From: Macrostomum lignano
Lineage: Eukaryota
NCBI GenBank assembly: GCA_002269645.1
Contig: NIVC01001413.1
Location: forward strand, 229,673 to 293,672
Direction of reading: 5' to 3'
DNA: 64,000 nt
A program made the position numbers and the translations under genes. The notes under the pieces were generated by a model. It did no database searches and had not been told where the DNA came from. It saw only the letters and a list, made by a program, of their open reading frames with translations. Shown here piece by piece: positions 33,420-44,660 of this stretch; position 1 is the first letter of the stretch, and each line of letters starts with the position of its first letter.

Positions 33420-34180
33420 CAGTCAGATAAGAGAGTAGAGAGAAAGGAGAAGAGAGGAGAGATGATAGAAAACCAAGAAAAGACAGTAGATATGAGAAAG
33501 GAGAGATTAAAGATGACAGAGGGGAGTGAAGAGAGGAGTGAGGCAGAAATGAAAAGGGAGAGAGAAGAGAAGAGAGAATGTAGAGAGAAGAAAAAAGAGG
33601 AAAGAGGAAAGACGAGAGGAGAGAGGAGAGAGAAAAGAAAAAGAAGAGAGGAGAGATGAGACAGGAGACAAGAGACATAGAGAGGAAAGAGGAAAGACGA
33701 GAGAAAAAAGAAAAGGGTTGAGAGAATATAGATATGTGACATGAGAGCAGAGAGAAAAAATAGAGTACAGGATGGAGGAGAGAATAGATAAGATATAAAA
33801 GATGACAGAAAAAAACAATAGGAGATAGGAGAGACGAGGCAAGAAGAGAGAAAAGAGAGAAACAACAGGAGAAGGGAGAGAGAAGAGAGATGAGAGAGCA
33901 GAGGGAGAAATACGAGTACAAGAGAAGAGAAGAGAGAAGAGGAGAGAAAAGAGGAAGGAGAAAAGGGAATAGATGGGATAGAGGAGAGGAAAGGGGAATA
34001 AGAGAGAAGAGAGAAGACTGGAGGGAGTAAGAGCTGATAGACAAGAGAGAAGAGATAAGAGAGTAGAGATGAGGGGGAGAGGAAAGAGAAGCGAGATGAG
34101 AGGGCAGAGGAGAGAAAAGAGGAAAGAGAAAAGGGGAGAGATGAGATAGGAGAGGGGATAAAATAGGAGAGAGAGAGAGC

Positions 34181-34252
<72 letters not shown>

Positions 34253-34450
34253 GAGAGAGAGATAGAGAGAGGAAGAGAGTAAAGATGAAGGAAGAGAGAA
34301 GAGATGAAAGAGTAGAGAGGAGAAAGTTGTGAGGAGAAAGAAGAGAGTAGATATGAGATCACAGAAAGGAGAGATGAGAGATGATAGATGAATGATGATA
34401 AATAAGAGATGAGAGACCAAAGAGTAGAGAGGAGACATGAGAGACTCTCA
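33420..34450. repeat. Purine-rich (AG/GA) low-complexity tract
   Basis: Almost only A/G on the + strand; pure (GA)n core near 34170-34270. Confidence 0.95.
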
Positions 34451-35916
34451 GTCTGAACAATAGCAGCAGAGAAATGGTATTTGAAAGGTTTTATAAAGGA
34501 TTTGGAAGATGGGATTCGGATCATGGGATTCAGCTGATGGAGTTCAGGGAATGGAATTCTGGTGATGGGAGTTTTTCCCCTTTCTCCTCCAACAGAGGAG
34601 TTGGCCTTGTAGTTTTATATTTACAAGTTTTTACAATTAGTATTTATCAATTAGCTTGTAAATTGCTTAGATGACCTCTATGTTTTACAAAAACATGCAA
34701 AAGCAGAGACAATGCATTATGTAGTTTATTTTGGAAAAAAAGTATAAGATGTCTATATTTTCTATGTTAACTGTAGCGGATTAACACTTATTAACAATTA
34801 TCAATTAACTTTCAGTAAACCTAACAAAATAAGAGTAAAAAAGTGAAGATTTTTTGCTTTAACACTAATGCTTTTGCTATTAATGGAAGTTAAAGATTTT
34901 CATTAATGGTGCCCAACACTGAAAGGTCTTTAGGTTAGTTTAATAAAATAATAAATATATTTATTTTCTAATGGAATAGGCCTATCAATGTTTTTAAAAG
35001 GCATAGCAAAGTGATAGCATTGGCCAAAACAAAAAACCAAGAATAAGTTGGTGGATAAGCTATTAAGGGCATTATGATATGGGTAATTTGGTAGATAGAT
35101 AGTTGAGGATGCTATGTTGTGGCCCTTGTTTGAAAAGTGCTTTTGAGGTTGGCTTTCTTAAAAGTTGATGAGTATACTATAATAATTAGTAAAAATGTCT
35201 TTAGAGGGGTATTATATATAAAATATCATGTTTTTATGCATATAGTTTTTGATTAGAGTTGAATTGGATTTTTCATATTATTCTACTGTTAGTAGACTGT
35301 TGAGAACTTTAACCTCCTACAGTATTTTCAACTAACACATTTTAAAAAGAGCTAGAAGCAGTGTTATATACTAAATTGTTTTCTTTTTGCAAATAGTGGT
35401 ACCATTGCTAAAAAATCAAGAAAAATTACTTGAATTTTTTATAAATATGAATTAGAAAGTATGTAATTGTATACAATATATGAAGCTATAAATATATGTT
35501 GATTTAAAAGGGTATTAGACTACTTATTTAGTAGTATTGTGCTTCTTCCTTGCTTTAAAAAAACAAACCAGAATAACTCTGAATGCTATTTAATCATTTG
35601 ATTTAATAATTGCTACTATTTTAATAGCAATAGCAGACATCAAGTATTTCAAATTTTAAGTGATTAATCAAATTTAATCAATTGAAATAATTTCTGTGCC
35701 TCTCTTCAGCAGTAGAATAATTCAGGGGAGGATGAAATAATTAATCGAAAAAAGCAAACTTACTTCAATTTAGGCCCTTTTTTATTGAAATGTTTGTTAT
35801 AATGGCATTGATATTATCAACTTTGGCATGTTTTCACCCCATTGCATTTGCTTTCTACCATAGACAACAGTAAAAAATAGGACACGGATTAAACATATTA
35901 CACATGAAGCAACATA

Positions 35917-36200
35917 CATGCGCAACCTCCAAAATTCGGTCGGCGTGCGACTTAGTTTTAACAAAAAATGCGACATAGTTTTTGGCCAAAAATGTGACTT
36001 ACATGTAAAAGAAACCCTAAAGCAATATTAACGCAACTTTGGTAAACGGCAGGAGTAACTATGACTGTCTTATTAACGCAAAGTGCCTCGTTATCTACTT
36101 AGTACTACTTAGGTATTCGGGTGGGCATTTTTGCGACTTACCTTTGTTGACCGGCAAATCGGTCGGCGGGATCGGCCGACTCGGCCGACTGTTGCGCATG
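35917..36200. mobile_element. 284-bp MITE with 10-bp TIRs (CATGCGCAAC) flanked by TA
   Basis: TA|CATGCGCAAC at 35915-35926 and GTTGCGCATG|TA at 36191-36202; internal repeats of TCGGTCGGCG and G(C/T)GACTTA. Confidence 0.7.
36041..36103 (+). other. 28S rRNA-derived fragment (helix 69 to R2/I-PpoI site region) inside the MITE
   Basis: GGTAAACGGCAGGAGTAACTATGACTGTCTTA...TGCCTCGTTATCTACTTAGT aligns without gaps, 52/63 identical, to the conserved 28S sequence as recalled (GGTAAACGGCGGGAGTAACTATGACTCTCTTAAGGTAGCCAAATGCCTCGTCATCTAATTAGT). Confidence 0.8.
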
Positions 36201-36517
36201 TATTTGAAGCAAAAAGAGACACAGTTGCAGAACAGTGCTGTCGACTAGCAAGAAGGTTTCTTTAAACATTAAAAGTTGAATGTTCAGTTTTTGAGTGACA
36301 GCTTTGAAAGGGGGCTAAGAGGTTGTTTTTAGGTATTTATTTTAAGTCCAAGTCACAATTTCACGTGGCTTTGATGTTCCGTATTTGAGATTTTGAGTAA
36401 ATGGCAACACAGTTTAAGCTGCTTGTCAAAGCCAAAGAGCACCCATTAATCCCCGACATGGCCCAAGAAAGAAAAAAGTAATTTCTTCGACCGGGCCTCA
36501 AGTCTACACGATATTCA

Positions 36518-38045
36518 TTAGTCGAAATAGATCACTACCTTGTTGTTGACTCCGTCAGCTTCTATTCTCATTCTCTTGCTTTTCGGTTCCGGAACAGAAA
36601 TTCCAACCTTCTCTAGCGCGACGACAGCCGTTTCCTTAGCGTCAGGAGCCACCAGAGGCGTCTCTGGACAGTCCGCAACCAGAGTCACAGCCAGAGCCGT
36701 TTCCTTGGCCTCAGGAGCCACCAGAGACGTCTCTGGACCGTCAGCAACCAGAGGCACAACCAGAGACGTTTTCTTGGCGTCAGGAGCCACTAGGAGCGAC
36801 TCTGGACCGTCCGCAGCCAGATCCACAGCCAGAGCAGCTTCACTGACATCTGAACTCTTGCCCGTCGAATTCCCGGCAGTGATGGCACTAGTACGACTTT
36901 GCACGCCAACAGACATGCCAATGTAGCGCTCAACGGCGCTGCTACTAAGACCTGATACGAAAGTTTTTTCAATAAAATAAAAAATCTTTAATATAAGATA
37001 ATATTTTAATATAAGAAAATAAAAAATTTATGACCTGTGATCCGACAAATGTTCGCGCGTTCAATTCCAGCGTCGTGTAGTCGGGTAGCAGTTGTCTTCC
37101 GCAAGCTTTGATTGGTGTACCTTCCAGAATCTTCCGGCGCCCATCGGCGTTTTCGTGAACCATCCACCAGACTTTCCCGGCGCCCAGAACCGATTGGGCG
37201 ACAGAAAGAGCACTTGGTCACAGTCCTCAGGTCGCTTTGCGATGTAAGCCTTGTAGACACACACGATACATCGCCCATGGCTATCAGAATGGAATGCACG
37301 GACGACCTTTGGATCCCGTCGCAACTCCTTCAGTCCGCCCTGGTGCGTCTTCGTCACAGAATTTTTCACGTAATTTAGACACTCTCTCCCATCGACGCAA
37401 TCCAGTCGAATCTGCTTCTCAAATTGCAAATCTCTGAGCTCGGAACCACCACGCAAAGCAAAATGCTTGCCAACAAGCCACACAATCGCATTGGACATAG
37501 CTTGAGGTGTAGACTCTCCAAGAAGTTCGGAGCCCCGAGGCGGTCCTCGACAGAACACGGAATGGCTTCAGCTCGACGGAGTCCGGCACATTTTCCATCC
37601 CTCGTTGACAGCTTCATTGAAGCATCCAATGCTCTTCGACTCTCGCTAAATTCCGGTTCCTTCCAGAAACTCCAATCCTTCTTTAATGTGTTTTGAAAGT
37701 AGTACTGGGTCATAGAAAACAGGTCTTTTAACGTCGATGCGGTGTATCGTTCACCTTCGTGGGTTCTCACTTCAAATACAAAAAACTTGAGCAGGTAGTT
37801 CAGATCGCCTTTGCTCATTTCTTCGCTACTCTTAATCACCATTAGGCCAGTTGTAGTTCCATCAGCCCAAGCAGTCTTCTTAGCCTCGTGCCATGCAGTA
37901 AAGACGCTCATAGCCCAATCGGCCTTTTTGTGACATTTGTGATCATCTTGAAGCGTTGGACTCCTCCGTTCTTCTCTTCGTAGAAGTCGAGCAGCTCCTC
38001 AGAAATAAAAAACTCCGGTGGGTTTTGAGAAGCTCTATTTTCCAT
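36518..38045 (-). mobile_element. Degenerate Crypton-type tyrosine recombinase (DUF3504/ZMYM-like) coding region
   Basis: Frames pieced together read: WAMSVFTAW..LNYLLKFFVFEVRTHEGERYTASTL..EFSESRRALDASMK..LVGKHFALRGGSELRDL..KTHQGGL..RCIVCVY..YTNQSLRKTTATRLHDAGIERANICRITG(H)..SSAVERY. At least 3 frameshifts and an HxxR to QxxR change. GC-rich hairpin-like motif GGCCTCGGCTGCGCCTCGGCC near 38220. Confidence 0.85.
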
Positions 38046-38783
38046 GTCAATTGATTCAGTTTATTAATTGATTGATTTAGCCTCGCAGAATATCTTTACG
38101 GTCATATACACATTTTGGGGAGGGTCCCAGGCTCGTCTATGCCCAAGATTAAATACGATACTACCCCCAAAAAACGTTTTCTATGGCCATGAAGTCGGCT
38201 TCGAGACTCGTTTCTATTGGCCTCGGCTGCGCCTCGGCCAAGAAAAATTTTTGGGGGGTATTATCTTATACATAAATATCTCAGCTGCACTGAGGCTCGA
38301 ATATGTTTTTCCAGTCTTGTGTTTTTCGCAGTGATTTTAATAAAACAAACCGTTGATTAAATTGTTGACAGCTCTAGTGTGGGCCCTTTTACCCGCTTAT
38401 TTGTTTGGCACTAGTGAATGATTTATTTTTGTTTAGCGAAGACAATGATTTCTATAGCTTTGTTAAAAGCTTTGATGCCAGCATCCTAAATTTACAATAG
38501 AAGCCTTGACAGCAGACTGTTAATTGCTTCCTATGAATAAGGCGGAGTGTTTTGTCAGTTAAAATAAACCCCAAGCTCATTTGCGTCACCCTTTGACATT
38601 CAGGCGGTATTCTGCGGACTTTCTGATGTTTCGGCAATTCAAAATGGCTGAATATGTCTCTGATAATGTTGCTTGCATCTAAAATTTTATAAACAAATTT
38701 TATAAACATTTTATAAACACTAATCTATGTCAGCTACCCATGGATTAATTATCCGTGGATTTTATCTGTGGCAAAAAACTCGA

Positions 38784-39427
38784 TTTTATAAACCACTGCT
38801 AAAATCCTTTTCCTTTTATCCGCTGTTACAATCCGTGGTTAGACAAGTTGTGCCATAGACTATGTTTATTTCGCTTCTTTGTCCCCACTGCATTCATAGT
38901 TCCACAGCTAAAAAGACAAGTTAAAAAGAAAATCTGGGGGCAAATTTAATAAACATTCTAATCCATGTCAGCTACTCCGTTCATTCACAACCCTCTCGTG
39001 ACTTTCCGAACGACTTGACACGCAGAAGCTTTTTAGATGGTCCATGTGGGCATCTCTCAACAGATGGTAGAAGCCATTGGTGGCGTAATACCGAAGTGTC
39101 GTTAAAATCTGTTGTCTTATGGATAACGCACAGTTTCGCCTGCTTGCCGGTGCAAGTTATTCTTTAATCTGCTGCAGCAGCGCCTCTGCAGTAGCGGGAT
39201 TTACCCAAAAGCCTTTTTAAAAACCCGTGTTGATAAGAAAGTTCCTCCTTTCCAAAAACACGTGGAGAGCGGTGTTCTGCATTTAGCAGCCCATCTACAG
39301 TATGTGTAAAAAAATCCATGTCAGACTTGGATAGCTTTATAAAACCGATTTTGGGTCTCACAACTGGCATTTCTGACCATAGACCATTGATTTTTCATCT
39401 TGCTTAGCTACCAGTGTGTTTATAAAA
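38784..39427 (-). mobile_element. Internally deleted PIF/Harbinger transposon remnant
   Basis: Minus-strand translation at about 39290-38990 gives VNPATAEALLQQIKE*LAPASRRNCALSIRQQILTTLRYYATNGFYHLLRDAH..KASACQVVRKVTRGL, resembling the N-terminal region of Harbinger transposases. Imperfect inverted ends TTTTATAAAC(A)CACTG. Confidence 0.7.
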
Positions 39428-39470
39428 CCCACAATCTCTTTTAGCCGTTACCCGTGGCTAAATATCTGTT

Positions 39471-39640
39471 ATCTATCTATACCTATAAAAATGAAAACTC
39501 GGTGTCGTCTGTCTGTGTACAAATTTGATCGCTATTTACTCCCAAACTGCTCAACCAAATTACATCAAAGTTAGCACCCACTCTAAACTTACTACGGAGA
39601 ATGTCTTAGACTTTCGTAAGCAGATACGAACTGTAGCTAT
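39471..39640. mobile_element. End of a non-autonomous Helitron/Helentron-like element; related ends at about 31600-31742 and 43620-43855
   Basis: ATCTATCTATACCTATAAAAATGAAA...GCTCAACCAAATT is the reverse-complement counterpart of AAAATCGGTTGAGCC...TTTCATTTTTAGTATATAGGAT at 31665-31742. Superfamily is inferred. Confidence 0.45.
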
Positions 39641-40063
39641 GTGAGAAAGATGTGAAAGTGTGAAAAAAGCTATGCTAGACCTGTAAATCATCTAGTTTTA
39701 GTCAAAAGTTGCTGATTAAGACAGACTATTAGCAGTGTCGTTTGTTAGAAAGATTTTGAGACTATTAGAAAGTTTGCAATCAAAGATTTGCGAGTAACCT
39801 GCAAGAAGTCTTCAAGTAACGGGCTCTAAACTGCTTAAGAGATTTACATTTTAAGTTATAAAGCAATCGGCAAATTATTTATAGTCCTCTTGGCGTCGTA
39901 TTGCATCTAGTGACGGAGGAAATGTCAACAAAATTCCCTTATTTATCCCTTACTCCCTTAATTTAGCAAAGACAAGTAAAAATTTCTAGATTTTTATGAC
40001 ACAACCAAGTGTCGCTTTCAGGGCTCAAGTGTTGTTGAGTAATTTACGATATTCTTTGACTAG

Positions 40064-40290
40064 CTATTGGCATCTCAGCGATTCCCTCATTGAGAATTGG
40101 CATCTCAGCGATTCCCTCATTGAGAATTGGCATCTCAGTTATTCCCCCATTGAGAATTGGCATCTCAGCGATTCCCCCATTGAGAATTGGCATCTCAGTT
40201 ATTCCCCCATTGAGAATTGGCATCTCAGCGATTCCCCCATTGAGAATTGGCATCTCAGCGATTTCCCTACTGAGAATTGGCATCTCCATG
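40064..40290. repeat. 30-bp tandem repeat (TGAGAATTGGCATCTCAGCGATTCCCCCAT), about 7 copies
   Basis: Seen directly; each unit contains a TGAGA/TCTCA inverted pair. Confidence 0.95.
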
Positions 40291-40984
40291 ATAACTGGAG
40301 AGTGCATGCTATTAGCATGATGCCTGTGGTAAATATATGCGCAGAAATTTACGAAAAAATATTTTGAATTAGGGATAATGACTAAGGCTAAGAAAAATGT
40401 AGTGAAAATACAGAAATAGAAAAAAATCATGCGGTGTTCCAGGTAGTCAAATAGCTTTTTGACATCCACGTGCTCGTAGAATCCATATTTTTAGCTTTAA
40501 TTGCCATTGAATTATCTTTGATGCATTTGATGCATAGCATGATGCATCCAGCAAATAAAAGTCACGTGATGACTTTTTTCGATTTTTTACAGTCTCTTAA
40601 AGACTGTTTATAGGTGTTTTCGCTTTAACTTTAAAATACTGGGATTTATAATGCATAAATGAGCAGTTTACATGCTCCGAGAAATGTTTTTCTTTCAAAA
40701 TTTTCGCACCTTGGGTGCAGCTGTAGGTGTCGTTTTTCTTGAATCTTTCATTTGGATAATTTCTATTTCTATCTATCAGAATCCTTTGAAGTCTCCTTAA
40801 ATGTTTCTGTCGTCAACAATAATTATTGAAGAAAGCACACCTGATGTCTGTGTCAATAAGAAAAGCAACTTGTTTCTGCTTGTTTCGAAACCTGCTCTTG
40901 TCTGTTAGAGTCTCACTGTAAAAAAATTGGAATAGAATTTAGGGACGTGGTATTTGGGAATCGCACTGAAGATATCTAAGATTT

Positions 40985-41905
40985 GTAATCGAGTTTTAGG
41001 GATCTGAGATGATAGAATCGAGTTTAGGGATCTGATGAGATGGTAGAATCGAGTTTTAGGGATCTGATGAGATGATAGAATCGAGTTTAGGGATCTGATG
41101 AGATGATAGAATCGAGTTTAGGGATCTGATGAGATGATAGAATCGAGTTTAGGGATCTGATGAGATGGTAGAATCGAGTTTAGGGATCTGATGAGATGGA
41201 TGGTAGAATCGAGTTTAGGGATCTGATGGGATGGTAGGATAGAGTTTAGGGATCTGAGATGGTAAAATCGACTTTTAGGGATCTGAGATGGTAAAATCGA
41301 CTTTTAGGGATCTGAGATGGTAGAATCGACTTTTAGGGATCTGAGATGGTAGAATCGACTTTTAGGGATCTGGGATGGTAGAATCGAGTTTTAGGGATCT
41401 GATGAGATGGTAGGATCGAGTTTAGGGATCTGATAAGATGGTAGGATCGAGTTTAGGGATATGATGAGATGGATGGTAGAATCGAGTTTAGGGATCTGAT
41501 GAGATGGTAGAATCGAGTTTAGGGATCTGATGAGATGATAGAATCGAGTTTTAGGGATCTGAGATGGTAGAATCGAGTTTTAGGGATCTGAGATGGTAGA
41601 ATCGAGTTTAGGGATCTGAGATGGTAGAATCGAGTTTAGGGATCTGTAGTGCACTGCTATTGCGGGTCTCTCCTCCGCTCTCTCACTTTAGCCTTCCCCC
41701 ACGTGCGTGTACGCCCTCGCACTGTTACGCAACAGTGGCACGTTGTGCTCATTAGCTCGTTGTGCTCACTACTATATATATGCTTTAAATATACGGCCAT
41801 GAGAGGCCAACTTCTGCACTTACACAAGCGCACTACAGGATCTGAGATGGTAAATCGACTTTTAGGGATCTGAGATGGTAGAATCGACTTTTAGGGATCT
41901 AGAAT
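40985..41905. repeat. 28-31-bp minisatellite (GATCTGATGAGATGGTAGAATCGAGTTTAGG) interrupted by a solo LTR
   Basis: The array resumes after the 41645-41837 insertion. Confidence 0.95.
41645..41837. mobile_element. Solo LTR, 193 bp
   Basis: Ends TGTAGTGC...GCACTACA (TG..CA with short inverted repeat); perfect 5-bp TSD GGATC at 41640-41644 and 41838-41842; TATATATA inside. Confidence 0.85.
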
Positions 41906-42799
41906 TGAGAATTAAGCTTAAGGCCTAAGTTGTACGTGTTGAATAAGTTTAGGTTGTGATGTTTGGAAGTTTGGCTTTTTGATTTTAGGAAAATTTATAT
42001 TTACAGGGCCTATGGGCTTTGGGACCTTGGCATGTCGGGAGGTTTTCGCACATCTTTTCAAGTAATATAACCTCGGTCTAGTCAGTAGCTTATAAATATT
42101 TTGTCATCGAATAATTAGGCAGGTGTTTTTCTTCGAGGCAGTTTGAAATTTGATTATTCAGCGAAATTATAAAATTCTTGTCTCTTTGACTCTGCTCTAG
42201 CGCAGTGCAAATTGCTGTCATCACTTAATTGTTGCGTCAACAAGTTTATTTGCTTTGGCTGTACAGGGGACTTTTGAGTGGTAGATTCTGTTATGCTTTC
42301 CCTGATAAGAGCTTGGGGAATTCAGTGAGCTTAAAAGAACACGGGGAGTTTTAGGAATTCAGGCTGTTGATAAGTTTTAATTTAATAGTCAGGAATTTTC
42401 GGGGCTACAGAAATAGACGAGTTTAGGAAATAGTTTTAAATTTTCCACATTCTGAAAAATTCCTAAAAATTGTGCAATTTTTATCGCAGACCCGGTTTTT
42501 TATCACAAAATTCGCTAAAATGTTTTCTTTTTCTCTTGTTCTTCATTCAATAATTTTTTATTAGGGTGTCTGGCTACTGCCGTCTGTCTTTAGACATAAA
42601 CAGAAGAAATTGCGGGATAATAGAAGCAGAATTGTATAAAATACATAGCTTTGTAGAAATTGTAGAAAAGCTAGTGAAAAAGATTTTCGACGTGACGGGA
42701 GTTAAGATCTCTTGCGTAAGAAGAGCATTCAAGCTTATTTATGAAGCCAATATGAAGTCTCAGGGCAGTTGCATTCTAGCTTGTGCATGTCTTTGATGG

Positions 42800-43200
42800 A
42801 TTTTGCTGGAATTTCCAATGTGCTTCGATCTTTTTGAGTCATTGGGTAAACTGCTTTATCCTTTGCAGTTAAGGCTTTTAAAATTTTGATACTTTATTCG
42901 AGATTTCCTGTTCAAATAGGAAGTGAATTTCACTTTCCACCTCAGCATGGCACTTTGGGCAGGTCCTGTTCTCGTAAGGGGGATCTTTGGTCTTACAGTC
43001 ATTGTTCAGTTTATCTATTAAGTAGTGCCATTTGAAGCTGTATTAAAAGTAAGTGTCTTAGCACTGCAAATTTCTTTAATCTTTGTCTCCAGTTGTCTAG
43101 TAAAATTTAGTTCAAAACCAGCTTTCTGTGTTTTGATTGATTTCGCTAACTCATGCATGTTTGACACTTGCATTATTTCACTAGCTCGTAGATATCCAGT
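42800..43200 (-). mobile_element. Degenerate 3' fragment of a non-LTR retrotransposon ORF2
   Basis: Minus strand reads HYLIDKLNNDC..PPYENRTCPKCHAEVESEIHFLFE, resembling the C-terminal C-x2-C..E..HF zinc-binding motif of LINE reverse transcriptases; broken frames. Confidence 0.45.
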
Positions 43201-43205
43201 GTCTA

Positions 43206-43516
43206 GGGGGTTGTAGCCTAGTGGTTAGAGCGTCGGACTCACGACTTGAAGGTAGGGGGTTCGAATCCCGAATAAACTGGAACAATTTGTGTCCTTGAGC
43301 AAGACACTTAACTCTGCATTGCTTCAGTTCACCCAGCTGTAAAATGGGTGCCTGCATTAGCTGGGGTAATTGAGGGTGTGTGGGCGACCCCCAAGTCCTT
43401 GGACTGAACAGCCGTACTCCAGATGCACCGCGCAATAGCTGGGGCTGAGCTGTCGGTTGCACATTTGCCCACTGGGGCAGGTGTAATCAATTATTTACTT
43501 ATTATTATTATTATAT
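43206..43516 (+). mobile_element. tRNA-derived SINE with Nin/Deu-type core and (TTA)n tail
   Basis: A box TAGCCTAGTGG 43214-43224; B box GGTTCGAATCC 43258-43268; core TGTGTCCTTGAGCAAGACACTTAAC...CACCCAGCTGTAAAATGGG; tail TTATTATTATTATTAT. Confidence 0.85.
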
Positions 43517-44265
43517 AGATATACTAGTGAATGAAGGCTCTTTAGTCTTCAAAGGTGGGACGATTGGTTAGTTGCTCTTTGTAACTAACTAAGAAGCTAT
43601 ATTTAGATGCATCCCCAATACATACATCCGCCTAATCGACTTAATTGTTGGGTAGGAGATGTCACATGTCGGGGCTCACCGTCCACCACACCCCCGCTTC
43701 ACCCTCACCAACATGCGTCGCCATGGCAACCAAACACTGCGGATCTGGTAGCACTAAGTCTTTGACAAATTTTAGCCAAAACTGTTTGTAAATCGGTCAA
43801 GCCATTTAAAAACGGCAGCGTTTATAAATTGTAAAGCGTGATTTTCCTATATGGCACCGTTGCTACATCTTATCAGGTTCGATTTCGCAACAGTACTTAC
43901 TGGCTCGATCGTCCCACAACTAGTGGACTATATAGTTGTCAAGTTTAATGAATAAAAATTTCAAAACCTTATTTTATAATAATAATAGCTTATTGGAAGC
44001 TCCATCCGTTGTACCAAAATGTGTCCGCGGGTTTGGGCTTTTTTGCATGCTTAAATCGACCCACAGGTGCTCTCTGGTGACAATGCGCTCTTGTGCAAAG
44101 AGCTCCAAAAGGATGCACAGGTGCTTATGCACGAATAAAGGCCCTTTTATAGAAGACAACATATGCTGGTACAATATGTACATAAATGAAATTACAGAAC
44201 GCCGTAACCTAGTGATCTGCCAGCGGCCCAGGCTCGATTCCGAGTGCAGTCACATTAATCTGGGG

Positions 44266-44542
44266 CTAAATTGGAATCTCGGCTTGGCTCTGCTCGTGCA
44301 ATTAACGCCCCTTGAGGGCCAACCCCCGAGGCACAGTGAAGTGTACATGTTTAACGATAAATAAAGTCAGGGCCGCTGTGCACTCCTGTGTGAGTGTGTG
44401 CCTGTGCGTATGACTGCGTACGTATCCGCGCGCTTGTGTGCCTGCTCAGGGGAGTCGACGGAATGGGCAGCAATGCCTCTCGCCGGTTGTGTGACAGTGT
44501 CGCTTAAAGTGCGCCAGGGTGCACACAGCCTCCTGCCTCTAA
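44266..44542 (+). repeat. Dispersed repeat of about 270 bp, copy 1 (copy 2 at 51377-51640)
   Basis: Shared blocks CTAAATTGGAATCTCGGCTTGGCTCTGCTCG and GTGCGTATGACTGCGTACGTATCCGCGCGCTTGTGTGCCTGCTCAGGGGAGTCG. Confidence 0.9.
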
Positions 44543-44660
44543 CTTGAAAACTAAGTACAACTACCTATCAGAAAGTAGGTAACCTAACCTTAGCATATCA
44601 GCAGCTGCCCGGTAGAGTCTGAGTTAACAAATTTATTCAACAAATCTGCTTCCAGACCAG

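Noticed and set aside
36041-36103. rRNA gene locus
   Set aside because: Only 63 bp resemble 28S and the flanks are not rDNA; kept as a captured fragment.
43206-43280. Functional tRNA gene
   Set aside because: Weak anticodon and acceptor stems, and it continues directly into a SINE core and TTA tail.
43717-43730. RFX X-box GTCGCCATGGCAAC as a COQ9 regulatory site
   Set aside because: It lies inside a transposon-like element about 930 bp from the ATG, so it is probably repeat-borne.
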